Assembly: GCF_056712565.1 (NCBI RefSeq)
Contig: NZ_CM160072.1
DNA: 64,000 bases
Direction: 5' to 3' (one strand)
This document shows positions 9,869 through 22,602 of the stretch, piece after piece. Numbering within the stretch: position 1 is the first letter of the stretch; each line of letters begins with the position of its first letter. A program made the position numbers and the translations under genes. Under the pieces are notes generated by a model, which saw only the letters and a list, made by a program, of their open reading frames with translations, made no database searches and was not told the DNA's origin.

Positions 9869-10450
9869 ATGAGCAACATCCTGATTATCAACGGCGCGAA
9901 AAAATTCGCCCACTCCAATGGTCAACTGAACGACACCCTGACCGAAGTCGCGGATGGCACACTGCGCGACCTCGGGCATGATGTCCGCATTGTTCGCGCC
10001 GACAGCGACTACGATGTCAAAGCGGAAGTACAAAACTTTCTCTGGGCTGATGTGGTGATCTGGCAGATGCCAGGCTGGTGGATGGGCGCGCCGTGGACAG
10101 TGAAAAAATATATTGATGATGTATTCACCGAAGGTCACGGGACTCTGTATGCCAGCGATGGTCGTACCCGCAAAGATCCATCAAAAAAATACGGTTCCGG
10201 CGGCCTGGTACAGGGCAAAAAATATATGCTTTCACTGACCTGGAACGCACCAATGGAAGCCTTCACCGAAAAAGATCAGTTCTTCCACGGCGTTGGTGTT
10301 GACGGTGTGTACCTGCCGTTCCATAAAGCAAACCAATTCCTTGGCATGGAACCGCTGCCGACATTTATCGCTAATGACGTGATAAAAATGCCTGATGTTC
10401 CCCGCTATACTGAAGAATATCGCAAGCATCTTGTGGAAATTTTTGGTTAA
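9869..10450 (+). CDS. mdaB: NADPH:quinone oxidoreductase MdaB
   Basis: 193-aa ORF MSNILIINGAKKFAHSNGQLNDTL..., recognised MdaB. Confidence 0.93.
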   Translation: MSNILIINGAKKFAHSNGQLNDTLTEVADGTLRDLGHDVRIVRADSDYDVKAEVQNFLWADVVIWQMPGWWMGAPWTVKKYIDDVFTEGHGTLYASDGRTRKDPSKKYGSGGLVQGKKYMLSLTWNAPMEAFTEKDQFFHGVGVDGVYLPFHKANQFLGMEPLPTFIANDVIKMPDVPRYTEEYRKHLVEIFG

Positions 10451-10480
10451 CTAGAGCTCTGGCTTTAGAAGGAGTTAACC

Positions 10481-10795
10481 ATGATTACAGTAATCGCAGA
10501 AATCCGTACTCGTCCTGGTCAACATCACCGTCAGGCAGTGTTGGATCAGTTTGCTAAAATCGTTCCAACCGTACTGAAAGAAGAAGGTTGCCACGGCTAT
10601 GCGCCAATGGTGGATTGCGCTGCTGGCGTGAGTTTCCAGTCTATGGCACCGGATTCTATCGTAATGATTGAGCAGTGGGAAAGCATCGCGCATCTTGAAG
10701 CGCATCTGCAAACCCCGCACATGAAAGCATATAGCGAAGCCGTAAAAGGTGACGTGCTGGAGATGAATATTCGTATCCTGCAGCCGGGGCTTTGA
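10481..10795 (+). CDS. ygiN: quinol monooxygenase YgiN
   Basis: 104-aa ORF with RBS ggagttaacc before ATG; follows mdaB as in E. coli. Confidence 0.92.
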   Translation: MITVIAEIRTRPGQHHRQAVLDQFAKIVPTVLKEEGCHGYAPMVDCAAGVSFQSMAPDSIVMIEQWESIAHLEAHLQTPHMKAYSEAVKGDVLEMNIRILQPGL

Positions 10796-10839
10796 CATTT
10801 CTAAAAAGAGGCCGGTGCTGCTACCGGTCTCAGCCCAGA

Positions 10840-11727
10840 TTAGCCATTCTTTCTTCCCGTTTTCAGTCCTCGATGGAAATCGTTAATTCGCTTAATGGTT
10901 TTAACCGCACGCTGCGGCACTGCGGAAGCTACCGACCAGACAATCATTTCCAGACACAACAATACCGTACCATGTAGCGGCGTTTTCCCTTTTTCATCCC
11001 CGCGCGGAACATGAATCACGATACTGGCGTCTTTGCTAAAACGTGAATCCAGCGCGTTTGTCAGCAAAATAACAGGGATCCCCAGCCGCCTCGCCTCACG
11101 AAGCGTTGTCAGCCCTTCCCGGTGCGCAGATTTTTGCGCCATCATGATCAGAACATCGCCACGTTGAAGCGCGATCAGTTGCTCGGCAAGGCCAATACCC
11201 GTACGGTTTAGTGCCGTGGCAGGCAAACCTATGCGGTTGAATAGTCGTGCGGTATAGTCCGCCAGAATACCCGAAGCGCCAATGCCAAAAATTGCGACTT
11301 GCCGTGCCTGCACCAACAACGCTACAGCTTGCGCAAGCGCGTGGCGGTTTTCAGGCTCTGACAGGACATTACAGGTATACAAATGCCCTTCAAGAACAAA
11401 GTCGATTGCGGTGTTAACATCGCTCGTCAAGTTACTCACCGTCGTAGACATCTTTTCGCTGGAACTAAGGGCTGGACCAAGCCACTGTTCCAGAGTGCGT
11501 TTCAGATCACGCAGCCCGGCAAACCCCAGGGCCTGTATAGCCCTGATAACTGTGGCATCGGAAGTGTTCAACGTGGCCGCAATTTCCATCGCCGTTTGCT
11601 CGAGTACCACTTCACGATGCTCATTAATGTAGCTGGCGACAGCTCTTAACCCAGGCGTTAACTGACTCGCGCGAGTGCGAAAACGCTCACCAAAAATATC
11701 AACCCGCGCTTTATCTTTCTGGATCAT
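10840..11727 (-). CDS. RpiR/MurR-family transcriptional regulator (N-terminal HTH, C-terminal SIS domain); last gene of Fit-like uptake operon
   Basis: 295-aa ORF; HTH region then SIS-like segment VAIFGIGASG...; start overlaps stop of upstream binding-protein gene. Confidence 0.8.
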   Translation of the reverse strand: MIQKDKARVDIFGERFRTRASQLTPGLRAVASYINEHREVVLEQTAMEIAATLNTSDATVIRAIQALGFAGLRDLKRTLEQWLGPALSSSEKMSTTVSNLTSDVNTAIDFVLEGHLYTCNVLSEPENRHALAQAVALLVQARQVAIFGIGASGILADYTARLFNRIGLPATALNRTGIGLAEQLIALQRGDVLIMMAQKSAHREGLTTLREARRLGIPVILLTNALDSRFSKDASIVIHVPRGDEKGKTPLHGTVLLCLEMIVWSVASAVPQRAVKTIKRINDFHRGLKTGRKNG

Positions 11728-12671
11728 TTAGCCTCCGGTAGAGGTCGCCCTGCAATTTGTGATTGTATCTGCGCAGCCATCAGCCCCAGAGATGCAAAGG
11801 AGTTAGAAATTGCCTCTTCACGAGAAATCAGCACATAACGCCCGGAACGACAGGCAGTCAGAAACTGACACCATCCCGGCATGACTTTTTCCATTGCTGC
11901 CAGCTCATCCTGAGGTTTACCACCGGTGTCACCGCGCCAGGTTGCAAAAACAAAATCGGCATCCAGTTCAGGTAAACGCTCCGCGCTCACATCCATTCGC
12001 CCACCTTCAGGAATGCTCTCAATCAGCGGCGGAAAACGAAAACCAGCATCGCGTAATACCCGCCCCAGCGAATGATAGCTATGCATCACATTAATTTTTC
12101 CCTGGTTTGCCTGAATCACCGATACCGTTATTTTTTGGCTGTCCAGCGTCGCCTTCAGCGCATTGATTTGTGCCTGATAGCGGCGTTCAAGTATCGCCAG
12201 CTGCGACTGCGTTCCTGTAAGTTCTGCCAGCTTGCGATAGATTTCTGGCGCACCCCCTTTGAGATGATCAATGCTCACCGTGGGCGCAATTTTTTCAAGT
12301 TGTTCAATGGGCGTATTACGGGTCGGTTCTGTGATGATCAGGTCAGGCTTTGCCGCCACAATCGCTTCAATATCAATATCAGCGGTACCAATAAAGGCGA
12401 TCGATGAATTATCAAAGTCGACACCTGTCAATAACGCGCCAGATCGAATGAAATGGCTACCGTCAGGCCGAGTTCGCCCGTGGCTGGCGACAGGAGGTAC
12501 ACCGAGCTCAATCAGAGGAATAGTGATATCAAGATCGTGTAAAGAGACAATTCTCTTTGGATGAGCAGGAACAGTGACTTTGCGCCCTAAATCATCAGTA
12601 AATACCTGAACAGGTTCTGTTGCACGGGAAAAAAATGACAACAGTATCAGCAGAGAAAAAAATAAACGCAT
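11724..12671 (-). CDS. periplasmic substrate-binding protein of iron-siderophore/B12-type ABC transporter (Fit-like)
   Basis: ORF 11724-12734; start placed at MRLFFSLLILLSFFSRA (signal peptide); cluster-9 type SBP. Confidence 0.8.
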   Translation of the reverse strand: MRLFFSLLILLSFFSRATEPVQVFTDDLGRKVTVPAHPKRIVSLHDLDITIPLIELGVPPVASHGRTRPDGSHFIRSGALLTGVDFDNSSIAFIGTADIDIEAIVAAKPDLIITEPTRNTPIEQLEKIAPTVSIDHLKGGAPEIYRKLAELTGTQSQLAILERRYQAQINALKATLDSQKITVSVIQANQGKINVMHSYHSLGRVLRDAGFRFPPLIESIPEGGRMDVSAERLPELDADFVFATWRGDTGGKPQDELAAMEKVMPGWCQFLTACRSGRYVLISREEAISNSFASLGLMAAQIQSQIAGRPLPEAK

Positions 12672-12681
12672 ATAACTCCCG

Positions 12682-13731
12682 TTAAAAACTGTTCCTGCGC
12701 TGCCAGAGCAGTAGCAAAAAAAATGGTCCACCAATCAGTGAGATAATGATTCCGGCAGGCAGTTGCAAAGGCAAAAAAGCCAAACGACCAATGCTATCCG
12801 CCAGAATAACTAACAACGCCCCCGATACCGCGCTCCCCAGCAGTAATGTCGTCTGCCCGCCACGTAGAATAAAACGTGATATATGGGGTGCTATCAATCC
12901 GACAAAACCGATGTTACCAACACACGAAACGCAGACGGCTGTCAGGATTATGGGTGCGGCGACACGTAACAACGCCAGACGAGAACTATTCACCCCTAAC
13001 CCGGTTGCAACCTGATGACCAAGCAGAGCGATATCCGCAGTCCTGGCGGTGAACAGCAATAAAAGAGCGGCTGGCAACATCCAACAGGCTGAAATACCGA
13101 CTAACATCCAGTTAGCTGCATGCAGGCTTCCCGATAACCACATCAATGCAGTTTGTACATCTCGAACATCTGCAGTGGTCATAAATACACCGATACCGGC
13201 GGCGAAAAACCAGGAAACACCAATACCAATCAGAACAAATCGCGGGCGGGAAATATCGCGCGCACAAAAAATCACGATTAAAGCCACCAACAGACCACCA
13301 GCAAGACCAGCCACTGGACGCCAGAACATTCCCAGCATTGGAAACTGGAAAATCAGCCACAGCACCGCCACGCTACATCCTTCTTTGACGCCGATTAAAC
13401 CAGGATCGGCAAGGCCGTTACGCGCAATGGATTGCATCGCGGCCCCCGCCATACCTAACATGGCCCCGCATAGCAATGCCATGATGACTCTCGGCAAGCG
13501 AATATCCTGCACAATATAACGTGCGTCTGTGCTTACGTTTTCTGGAGCAAACAACGCTCGTCCTACTTCCGATGCCGGAACAGAGAAAGAACCCTGCATC
13601 AGACCGAATATCAGTATTCCAACCGCAAGCAGGAACAGCCCACCAAGCAACAGCAGATTTTTAGGGCGCACCAGTGTCGAAAACTTACCAACACGTAGTG
13701 GGCGTAGCCCGACGTTCATTATCCGACTCAT
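12682..13731 (-). CDS. FecCD-family ABC transporter permease (Fit-like)
   Basis: 349-aa polytopic membrane ORF; 4-bp overlap with upstream permease gene. Confidence 0.82.
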   Translation of the reverse strand: MSRIMNVGLRPLRVGKFSTLVRPKNLLLLGGLFLLAVGILIFGLMQGSFSVPASEVGRALFAPENVSTDARYIVQDIRLPRVIMALLCGAMLGMAGAAMQSIARNGLADPGLIGVKEGCSVAVLWLIFQFPMLGMFWRPVAGLAGGLLVALIVIFCARDISRPRFVLIGIGVSWFFAAGIGVFMTTADVRDVQTALMWLSGSLHAANWMLVGISACWMLPAALLLLFTARTADIALLGHQVATGLGVNSSRLALLRVAAPIILTAVCVSCVGNIGFVGLIAPHISRFILRGGQTTLLLGSAVSGALLVILADSIGRLAFLPLQLPAGIIISLIGGPFFLLLLWQRRNSF

Positions 13732-14711
13732 TTGAACATCCTCGTCGCCATAATGACAAAAACAGGCGCACCAACTAACGCCGTCATGACACCGGTCGCT
13801 AACTCATGGGGCGTGAAAAGCGTCCGGGCAATAATATCTGCCAGTAATAACAAAAGCGCGCCGACACAAGCTGAAAGAGGGAGCAGAACGCGCAGATCCG
13901 CTGATACCAGACGCCGGACAATCTGCGGTACTAGCAGGCCGACAAAACCAATGGGGCCAGCAATCGATACGGCTGCGCCACAGAGCAACGCGATCGCAAG
14001 CAGGGTGAATGTTCGCGTGCGGAGTACAGAGACGCCCAGCCCCTGCGCCATGCGATCGCCCAGTGCCAACATGTTAAGGGAGGGTGCAAGGTAAAGGGCT
14101 AACACAAATCCCCCCAGAGAAAACCAGGCGGACGTACCCAGCGTCGCCCAATCCTGCCCCGCTAAATCACCTGCTAGCCATGTCCGCATCGCCAGCAGTG
14201 TTTGTTCGTCAAGAATCAGGATTGCAGCCGTTATTGAGGACACGAACGCCGATAGCGCCACGCCGCATAAAGTAACTTTCATTGGCGTTAACCCTGAACG
14301 CCCTGCGGAGGAAAGCAGCAATATCAACAGGAACAATAACGCGCCCCCCGTAGATGCCAGCAGTGGGCGTCCAACCGGAAAGGCCAGTCCAAGCGCACTA
14401 GCGGCAACGACAGCAAGAGCGGCTCCGGCATTTAAGCCTAAAATATGTGGCTCCCCCAATGGGTTACGAATGACAGCCTGCAACAAAGCACCAGCAACAC
14501 CAAGAGAAGCACCGGTAAGCAATGCTGCCGCTAAACGCGGCAAACGGAGTCTTACAATTACGTTGTGATCGAAGTTTTGCGGATCAAAATGAAGAAATGC
14601 CTGCAACACCGTTTGTGGTGCAATAAATCGGGCACCAATCCCTGGATATACCACGCATCCCACCAGCAGTAAGGCGAGGAAAATTACAGTAACCAGCCCT
14701 GTGCGCATCAT
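13728..14711 (-). CDS. FecCD-family ABC transporter permease (Fit-like)
   Basis: 327-aa polytopic membrane ORF; 4-bp overlap with ATPase gene. Confidence 0.82.
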   Translation of the reverse strand: MMRTGLVTVIFLALLLVGCVVYPGIGARFIAPQTVLQAFLHFDPQNFDHNVIVRLRLPRLAAALLTGASLGVAGALLQAVIRNPLGEPHILGLNAGAALAVVAASALGLAFPVGRPLLASTGGALLFLLILLLSSAGRSGLTPMKVTLCGVALSAFVSSITAAILILDEQTLLAMRTWLAGDLAGQDWATLGTSAWFSLGGFVLALYLAPSLNMLALGDRMAQGLGVSVLRTRTFTLLAIALLCGAAVSIAGPIGFVGLLVPQIVRRLVSADLRVLLPLSACVGALLLLLADIIARTLFTPHELATGVMTALVGAPVFVIMATRMFK

Positions 14712-15517
14712 ACTTTTTCTACACCACGAAACGGCATGAAGTACGGCTTTCCCGTCAGAGGATTTATTGATGCGTGAACATCAACGTCAAAGACCGCTTT
14801 TACCAGCTCAGGCGTGCAATGCTCCCCCTCATTCAACACACGCACCACTTTCCCCTGGCGTAAAAATATCAACGTATCACCATAATTGACGGCAAAATTC
14901 AGATCATGCAACACCACGACGACTGTACGCCCGTGATGACGCGTTAAATCATGTAATAACTCAAGAATTTCAACCTGATAACGTAAATCAAGCCAGGTTG
15001 TGGGTTCATCCAGCAGGATATAAGGCGTCTTTTGCGCCAACACCATCGCAATCCAGCAACGCTGGCGCTGCCCACCAGAGAGTTTTTCAACAGGTAAATG
15101 TGCAAACTCCTGCGTACCCGTTAATTTCAGGGCCTCTTCCACCGCCAGCTCATCGGCGTCGCTCCATTGACGTATGAAATTTTGCCAGGGAAAACGCCCA
15201 CGCGATACCAGTTCATAAACGGTTAAGCCCTCCGGCAATAATGGCGACTGCGGCAAGATCCCAAGTCTACGGGATAACGCTTTCGTTGGTTGCTCGTGAA
15301 TCGCTTTGCCATCAAGCAATATCGAACCGCCCATGGGTTGCAAGATACGTGCAATGGTGCTGAGCAACGTCGACTTTCCACAGCCGTTTGCCCCAACCAG
15401 AACGGTCATTTTTTCTGTGGGAACGGAGAAAGAAACACCATCAACAATGATCTTCTTGTGATACCCGGCAGAAACATTGTCGAGGATCAGCCCCTGCCCT
15501 TTTGCGTTATGTGCCAC
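14708..15517 (-). CDS. ABC transporter ATP-binding protein (Fit-like)
   Basis: 269-aa ORF with Walker A GANGCGKST, signature LSGGQRQR and Walker B ILLDEP. Confidence 0.88.
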   Translation of the reverse strand: MAHNAKGQGLILDNVSAGYHKKIIVDGVSFSVPTEKMTVLVGANGCGKSTLLSTIARILQPMGGSILLDGKAIHEQPTKALSRRLGILPQSPLLPEGLTVYELVSRGRFPWQNFIRQWSDADELAVEEALKLTGTQEFAHLPVEKLSGGQRQRCWIAMVLAQKTPYILLDEPTTWLDLRYQVEILELLHDLTRHHGRTVVVVLHDLNFAVNYGDTLIFLRQGKVVRVLNEGEHCTPELVKAVFDVDVHASINPLTGKPYFMPFRGVEKV

Positions 15518-15771
15518 GTGTACGCCAACTTAATCAAAGACAAACAAAAATAAAACTCATTCTCCTTTGAGAGTTTGACGCCACAAAATGTAGTAGTCAA
15601 GCAGTTAAAAGCCACACAAAAACAAGGTAAATAACAGGTAAACTATTTTTATACATAAAAATAAAAACATTAAATATCAATAAATTAAAAGCAATCAAAT
15701 TGTATAAACTTTTCATAAAAACACATGTAGCAATTTTTTGTTATTTCTCATTTACTACTACATTACTGCGT

Positions 15772-15790
15772 GATTGAATGATTCTCAATT
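15772..15790. promoter_or_regulatory. weak Fur-box-like sequence in divergent promoter region between ABC operon and receptor gene
   Basis: gattgaatgattctcaatt partially resembles the GATAATGATAATCATTATC consensus inside a 370-bp AT-rich intergenic region. Confidence 0.25.
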
Positions 15791-15890
15791 ACATATCCGA
15801 TGGCGAAATAACAAACGGATAGTGCTTAGTGAGCAATAAGAAACAATTTTCACTCGCGACAATCCGCGAGTTTTTGGGATAACAGACTAA

Positions 15891-18032
15891 ATGGCTATGT
15901 TCACACCTTCATTCTCAGGACTCAAAGGTCGGGCGCTCTTTTCACTGCTTTTTGCGGCACCGATGATTCATGCAACAGACTCTGTAACGACCAAAGATGG
16001 CGAAACAATCACTGTTACAGCAGATGCAAATACCGCAACTGAGGCAACCGATGGTTATCAACCTCTGAGCACCTCCACGGCGACATTAACCGATATGCCG
16101 ATGCTGGATATCCCGCAGGTGGTCAATACGGTTAGCGATCAGGTTCTGGAAAACCAGAATGCGACAACGCTGGATGAGGCGCTTTATAACGTCAGTAACG
16201 TGGTACAGACCAATACATTAGGCGGGACTCAGGATGCTTTTGTACGCCGTGGGTTTGGCGCAAACCGGGATGGCTCCATCATGACCAACGGTCTGCGAAC
16301 CGTACTTCCTCGTAGTTTCAACGCCGCAACAGAGCGTGTGGAAGTGCTAAAAGGCCCGGCCTCCACGCTGTATGGCATTCTCGATCCTGGCGGACTGATT
16401 AACGTCGTGACCAAGCGCCCGGAAAAAACATTCCATGGTTCGGTTTCAGCCACCTCCTCCAGTTTTGGTGGCGGCACTGGGCAACTTGATATCACAGGTC
16501 CCATTGAAGGCACTCAGCTGGCGTATCGCCTTACCGGGGAAGTGCAGGATGAAGATTACTGGCGAAACTTCGGTAAAGAGCGCAGTACATTTATTGCCCC
16601 GTCACTCACCTGGTTTGGTGATAATGCAACAGTAACCATGCTCTATTCCCATCGGGACTATAAAACTCCATTCGATCGTGGAACGATTTTCGACCTTACG
16701 ACGAAACAGCCCGTAAACGTTGATCGAAAAATACGTTTTGACGAACCGTTTAATATTACAGATGGTCAGTCCGATCTGGCGCAACTCAACGCAGAATATC
16801 ATCTCAATAGCCAGTGGACAGCGCGCTTTGATTACAGCTACAGCCAGGATAAATACAGCGATAATCAGGCGCGTGTTACCGCGTATGATGCAACGACAGG
16901 AACACTGACACGGCGTGTTGATGCAACTCAGGGATCTACCCAGCGTATGCATGCTACTCGTGCGGATCTGCAAGGGAATGTTGATATTGCCGGATTCTAT
17001 AATGAGATTCTGGGTGGGGTGTCATATGAATATTATGATCTTCTGCGTACAGATATGATTCGCTGTAAAAAAGCTAAAGATTTCAATATATACAACCCTG
17101 TTTATGGTAATACCAGCAAATGTACAACGGTTTCGGCGTCGGACAGCGATCAGACGATCAAACAGGAGAACTACTCAGCTTATGCACAGGACGCGCTCTA
17201 TCTGACCGATAACTGGATTGCCGTCGCCGGGATCCGCTATCAGTATTACACGCAATATGCGGGTAAAGGCCGTCCTTTTAATGTCAATACTGACAGCCGC
17301 GATGAACAATGGACGCCCAAACTGGGGTTAGTCTACAAACTGACGCCATCGGTATCCTTATTTGCCAATTATTCGCAAACATTTATGCCGCAGTCGTCAA
17401 TTGCCAGCTACATTGGCGATCTTCCACCAGAATCATCTAATGCTTACGAAGTCGGGGCAAAATTCGAGCTATTCGATGGTATCACCGCAGATATTGCGCT
17501 GTTTGATATCCATAAACGTAATGTGTTGTATACCGAAAGTATTGGTGATGAAACCATCGCCAAAACGGCAGGCCGCGTTCGTTCAAGAGGGGTAGAAGTC
17601 GACCTTGCGGGAGCATTAACTGAAAACATTAATATCATTGCCAGCTACGGCTATACCGATGCAAAGGTTCTGGAAGATCCTGATTATGCAGGGAAACCAT
17701 TGCCGAATGTTCCTCGTCATACCGGTTCGCTATTCCTGACCTATGATATTCATAACATGCCAGGCAATAACACACTGACGTTTGGCGGTGGCGGACATGG
17801 TGTAAGCCGTCGTTCGGCAACCAATGGGGCTGACTATTATCTGCCTGGCTATTTCGTTGCCGATGCCTTCGCCGCATACAAAATGAAATTGCAGTATCCG
17901 GTCACTCTGCAATTAAACGTCAAAAACCTGTTTGATAAAACGTATTACACCTCTTCCATCGCCACAAATAATCTGGGCAACCAGATTGGCGATCCGCGTG
18001 AAGTGCAATTCACGGTGAAAATGGAATTTTGA
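15891..18032 (+). CDS. TonB-dependent outer-membrane receptor (Fit-like iron-compound receptor)
   Basis: 713-aa ORF; signal peptide, TonB-box-like ETITVTA, plug then beta-barrel, C-terminal aromatic residue (…VKMEF). Confidence 0.88.
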   Translation: MAMFTPSFSGLKGRALFSLLFAAPMIHATDSVTTKDGETITVTADANTATEATDGYQPLSTSTATLTDMPMLDIPQVVNTVSDQVLENQNATTLDEALYNVSNVVQTNTLGGTQDAFVRRGFGANRDGSIMTNGLRTVLPRSFNAATERVEVLKGPASTLYGILDPGGLINVVTKRPEKTFHGSVSATSSSFGGGTGQLDITGPIEGTQLAYRLTGEVQDEDYWRNFGKERSTFIAPSLTWFGDNATVTMLYSHRDYKTPFDRGTIFDLTTKQPVNVDRKIRFDEPFNITDGQSDLAQLNAEYHLNSQWTARFDYSYSQDKYSDNQARVTAYDATTGTLTRRVDATQGSTQRMHATRADLQGNVDIAGFYNEILGGVSYEYYDLLRTDMIRCKKAKDFNIYNPVYGNTSKCTTVSASDSDQTIKQENYSAYAQDALYLTDNWIAVAGIRYQYYTQYAGKGRPFNVNTDSRDEQWTPKLGLVYKLTPSVSLFANYSQTFMPQSSIASYIGDLPPESSNAYEVGAKFELFDGITADIALFDIHKRNVLYTESIGDETIAKTAGRVRSRGVEVDLAGALTENINIIASYGYTDAKVLEDPDYAGKPLPNVPRHTGSLFLTYDIHNMPGNNTLTFGGGGHGVSRRSATNGADYYLPGYFVADAFAAYKMKLQYPVTLQLNVKNLFDKTYYTSSIATNNLGNQIGDPREVQFTVKMEF

Positions 18033-18039
18033 TCAAAAA

Positions 18040-18075
18040 AGCCCGGTATACACTTGTATACCGGGCTATGTTTTA
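18040..18075. terminator. bidirectional hairpin terminator between receptor gene and parE
   Basis: agcccggtataca / tgtataccgggct inverted repeat flanked by A-run and T-run. Confidence 0.6.
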
Positions 18076-18095
18076 TTCTTCTGGCGGGAGGATTA

Positions 18096-19991
<1,896 letters not shown>

Positions 19992-20016
19992 TTAAGTTAG
20001 CAATTCGAGTTGATCG

Positions 20017-20598
20017 TCAGAGATGGTGCAGACCAAGAAAATCGACGATCGGGTTGAAATAATCTTCGAAGCCCGTGAATGCGTGGTTGCCGCCTTCTAT
20101 GACAGTCTGGCGGCAGGAAGCGTAGTACGCCACCGCCTGGCGGTAATCCAGCACTTCATCTCCCGTCTGTTGCAGCAGCCAGATCAAATCCGGCGCTTCC
20201 AGCGGGTCAATCTGCATGACTTTGAGATCGTAAATATGGCGTGACTCTAGCACATATTGCTGCCCGGTGTAGGGGTTCTCGTTCTGACCGAGATAGTCCG
20301 TCAGCAGTTCAAACGGGCGCACCGCCGGGTTGACCACCACTGCGGGCAGCATAAAACATTGCGACAACCAGGTGGCGTAATATCCCCCCAGTGACGAACC
20401 GACAATACCCAGCGAATCGCCGCCATGTTCCAGGACAATAGATTCCAGCAGTTCTGCCGCGTCAGAAGGATACGGGGGCAACTGCGGAATGATCATCTCA
20501 ACGTCAGGGTGATGTTCCGCCAGCCAGTTTTTTAACAAGCTCGCTTTTGCAGAGCGCGGCGAGCTGTTGAAACCGTGTAAATAAAGAAGCGTAGACAT
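20017..20598 (-). CDS. yqiA: esterase YqiA
   Basis: 193-aa [22 protein letters not shown]..., alpha/beta hydrolase. Confidence 0.9.
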   Translation of the reverse strand: MSTLLYLHGFNSSPRSAKASLLKNWLAEHHPDVEMIIPQLPPYPSDAAELLESIVLEHGGDSLGIVGSSLGGYYATWLSQCFMLPAVVVNPAVRPFELLTDYLGQNENPYTGQQYVLESRHIYDLKVMQIDPLEAPDLIWLLQQTGDEVLDYRQAVAYYASCRQTVIEGGNHAFTGFEDYFNPIVDFLGLHHL

Positions 20599-21425
20599 CA
20601 GTAGCCTTCTGAAGCGGTATCAGGTTGGAAGCGTGCGTCCGCCAGGCGATGCACCTCGGTGGTCAGCGTGCCATCAGCATGTAACTCGAGAGTACGCCAG
20701 CCGGGCGCGATGGTGTCCAGCGTAAAGTTAGAACAATGCGGCTTAAACTGCACACAGGTCGACGGCGTTGCCAGCAAGCGGCGACCGTTCCAGTCGAGAT
20801 CCAGCTCCTGATGAATGTGACCGCACAGCAAGTATTTGACGTGCGGAAACTTCGCCAGCACGGTATCCAGTTCGCCCGCGTTACGCAGGCTGTGTTGATC
20901 AAGCCAACTACAACCTGCAGGTAGCGGATGATGATGCAGCAGCAGCAACGTATGGCGTTCTGGCGCATCGGCCAGTTTACGTTCCAGCCACTCAAGCTGA
21001 AACTCGCTCAGCTCACCGTGCGGCACGCCAAACACCTGGCTATCCAGCAACAGGATTTGCCATTGCTCACCAATAAACACGCGCTTCGCCGGGGAGATAC
21101 CCGCATCCTGTAACGCACTGTACATCGCGGGCTGGAAATCGTGGTTGCCCGGCAGCCAGACGCAGGGCGCACGAAAACTTGCGATGCCTTCAGCGAAATG
21201 CTGATAGGCCGCAGAGGATTGATCCTGCGCTAAATCACCTGTCGCGACAATCAGGTCGAATTCGTGCTGGTGTGGCCGAATCGCCTCCAGCACCGCCTGG
21301 TAGCTTTCCCAGGTGTTTACCCCTAACAGGGCTTCGTGCTTTTGTGCAAACAGGTGAGTGTCGGTAATTTGTAAAATCCTGACTCTGGCCTCACCAGCCA
21401 GAGGAAGGGTTAACAGGCTTTCCAA
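20598..21425 (-). CDS. cpdA: 3',5'-cyclic AMP phosphodiesterase
   Basis: 275-aa ORF with metallophosphoesterase motifs (GDLAQD, GNHD). Confidence 0.92.
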   Translation of the reverse strand: MESLLTLPLAGEARVRILQITDTHLFAQKHEALLGVNTWESYQAVLEAIRPHQHEFDLIVATGDLAQDQSSAAYQHFAEGIASFRAPCVWLPGNHDFQPAMYSALQDAGISPAKRVFIGEQWQILLLDSQVFGVPHGELSEFQLEWLERKLADAPERHTLLLLHHHPLPAGCSWLDQHSLRNAGELDTVLAKFPHVKYLLCGHIHQELDLDWNGRRLLATPSTCVQFKPHCSNFTLDTIAPGWRTLELHADGTLTTEVHRLADARFQPDTASEGY

Positions 21426-21449
21426 ATGGTGTCCTTAGGTTTCACGACG

Positions 21450-21872
21450 CTAATAAACCGGAATCGCCATCGCTCCATGTGCTAAACAGTATCGCAACCA
21501 GTCCGCTAAAAACTGATTAATTTGATGCTTTTCGTCGCGTTGATGCAACTTTTTATTAGGATAATCATACCGCGCTTTGAAGCGAAAAATCTGCTGGCTT
21601 GAACACACTTCAGCCACCATCGCGTCATGATACAGACGCACCGTCATTGACGGAAGGCTCCAGTAACTGATCGCGGGCGCAGTCTGTTCTATTGTCACCA
21701 GGGTAGTGTATCGGGTCGATTCCACAATCGTCAGCCGATATTGTGCGTTTGCCACCTGATAGCTTACAGTTTCGCCGGGTGCGTCATTGCGCGGTAACAA
21801 ACGGCGCAATTGTGAAAAGTTCATCTCGCACAGGCGCATCATTTCAGGAAAGTCAGGTGTGTAACGCTTCAT
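21450..21872 (-). CDS. yqiB: DUF1249 protein YqiB
   Basis: 140-aa ORF between cpdA and nudF. Confidence 0.85.
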
Positions 21873-22502
21873 TTATGCCCACTCATTTTTTAACGCTTGA
21901 TGATGCAGCTGCAGCCATTGCAAAGCGATGACCGACGCTGCGTTGTCGATTTTCCCCTCTTCTACCCACTGGTATGCCTGTTCCCGGCTTACCACATGAA
22001 CGCGAATATCTTCGTTTTCATCAGCCAGACCGTGAATACCGCTTGCGGTCGTGGCGTCCACTTCGCCCACCATAATTGACGAACGCTCACTGGTGCCCCC
22101 CGGGCTTGCCAGGAAACTTAACACCGGTTTGGTCCGTTTGACTATCAGTCCCGCCTCTTCAATCGCTTCGCGACGGGCAACATCTTCCACACTTTCCCCC
22201 TCTTCAATCATCCCGGCAACCATCTCCAGTAGCCAGGGGGTTTCGCTGGTGTCGTACGCGGCAATCCGAATCTGCTCAATCAGCACAACTTCATCACGTA
22301 CTGGGTCAAAGGGTAGCAAGACTGCGGCGTGACCGCGCTCAAAAATTTCCCGCCGTACCTCATGACTCATTTGCCCGTTGAATAGACGATGACGAAATCT
22401 ATAAAGATCTAATGAAAAAAAGCCGCGATAAAGTGTTTCTCGTGCAATAATTTCTACATCGTTTTTGCCAAATGTAACGGGCAGGTTGTCTGGCTTAAGC
22501 AT
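21873..22502 (-). CDS. nudF: ADP-ribose pyrophosphatase
   Basis: 209-aa ORF with Nudix-box-like segment (…REAIEEAG…). Confidence 0.9.
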
Positions 22503-22602
22503 TGTTAATGTCCTGGCACTAATAGTGAATTAAATGTGAATTTCAGCGACGTTTGACTGCCGTTTGAGCAGTCATGTGTTAAATTGAGGCACATTAACGC
22601 CC

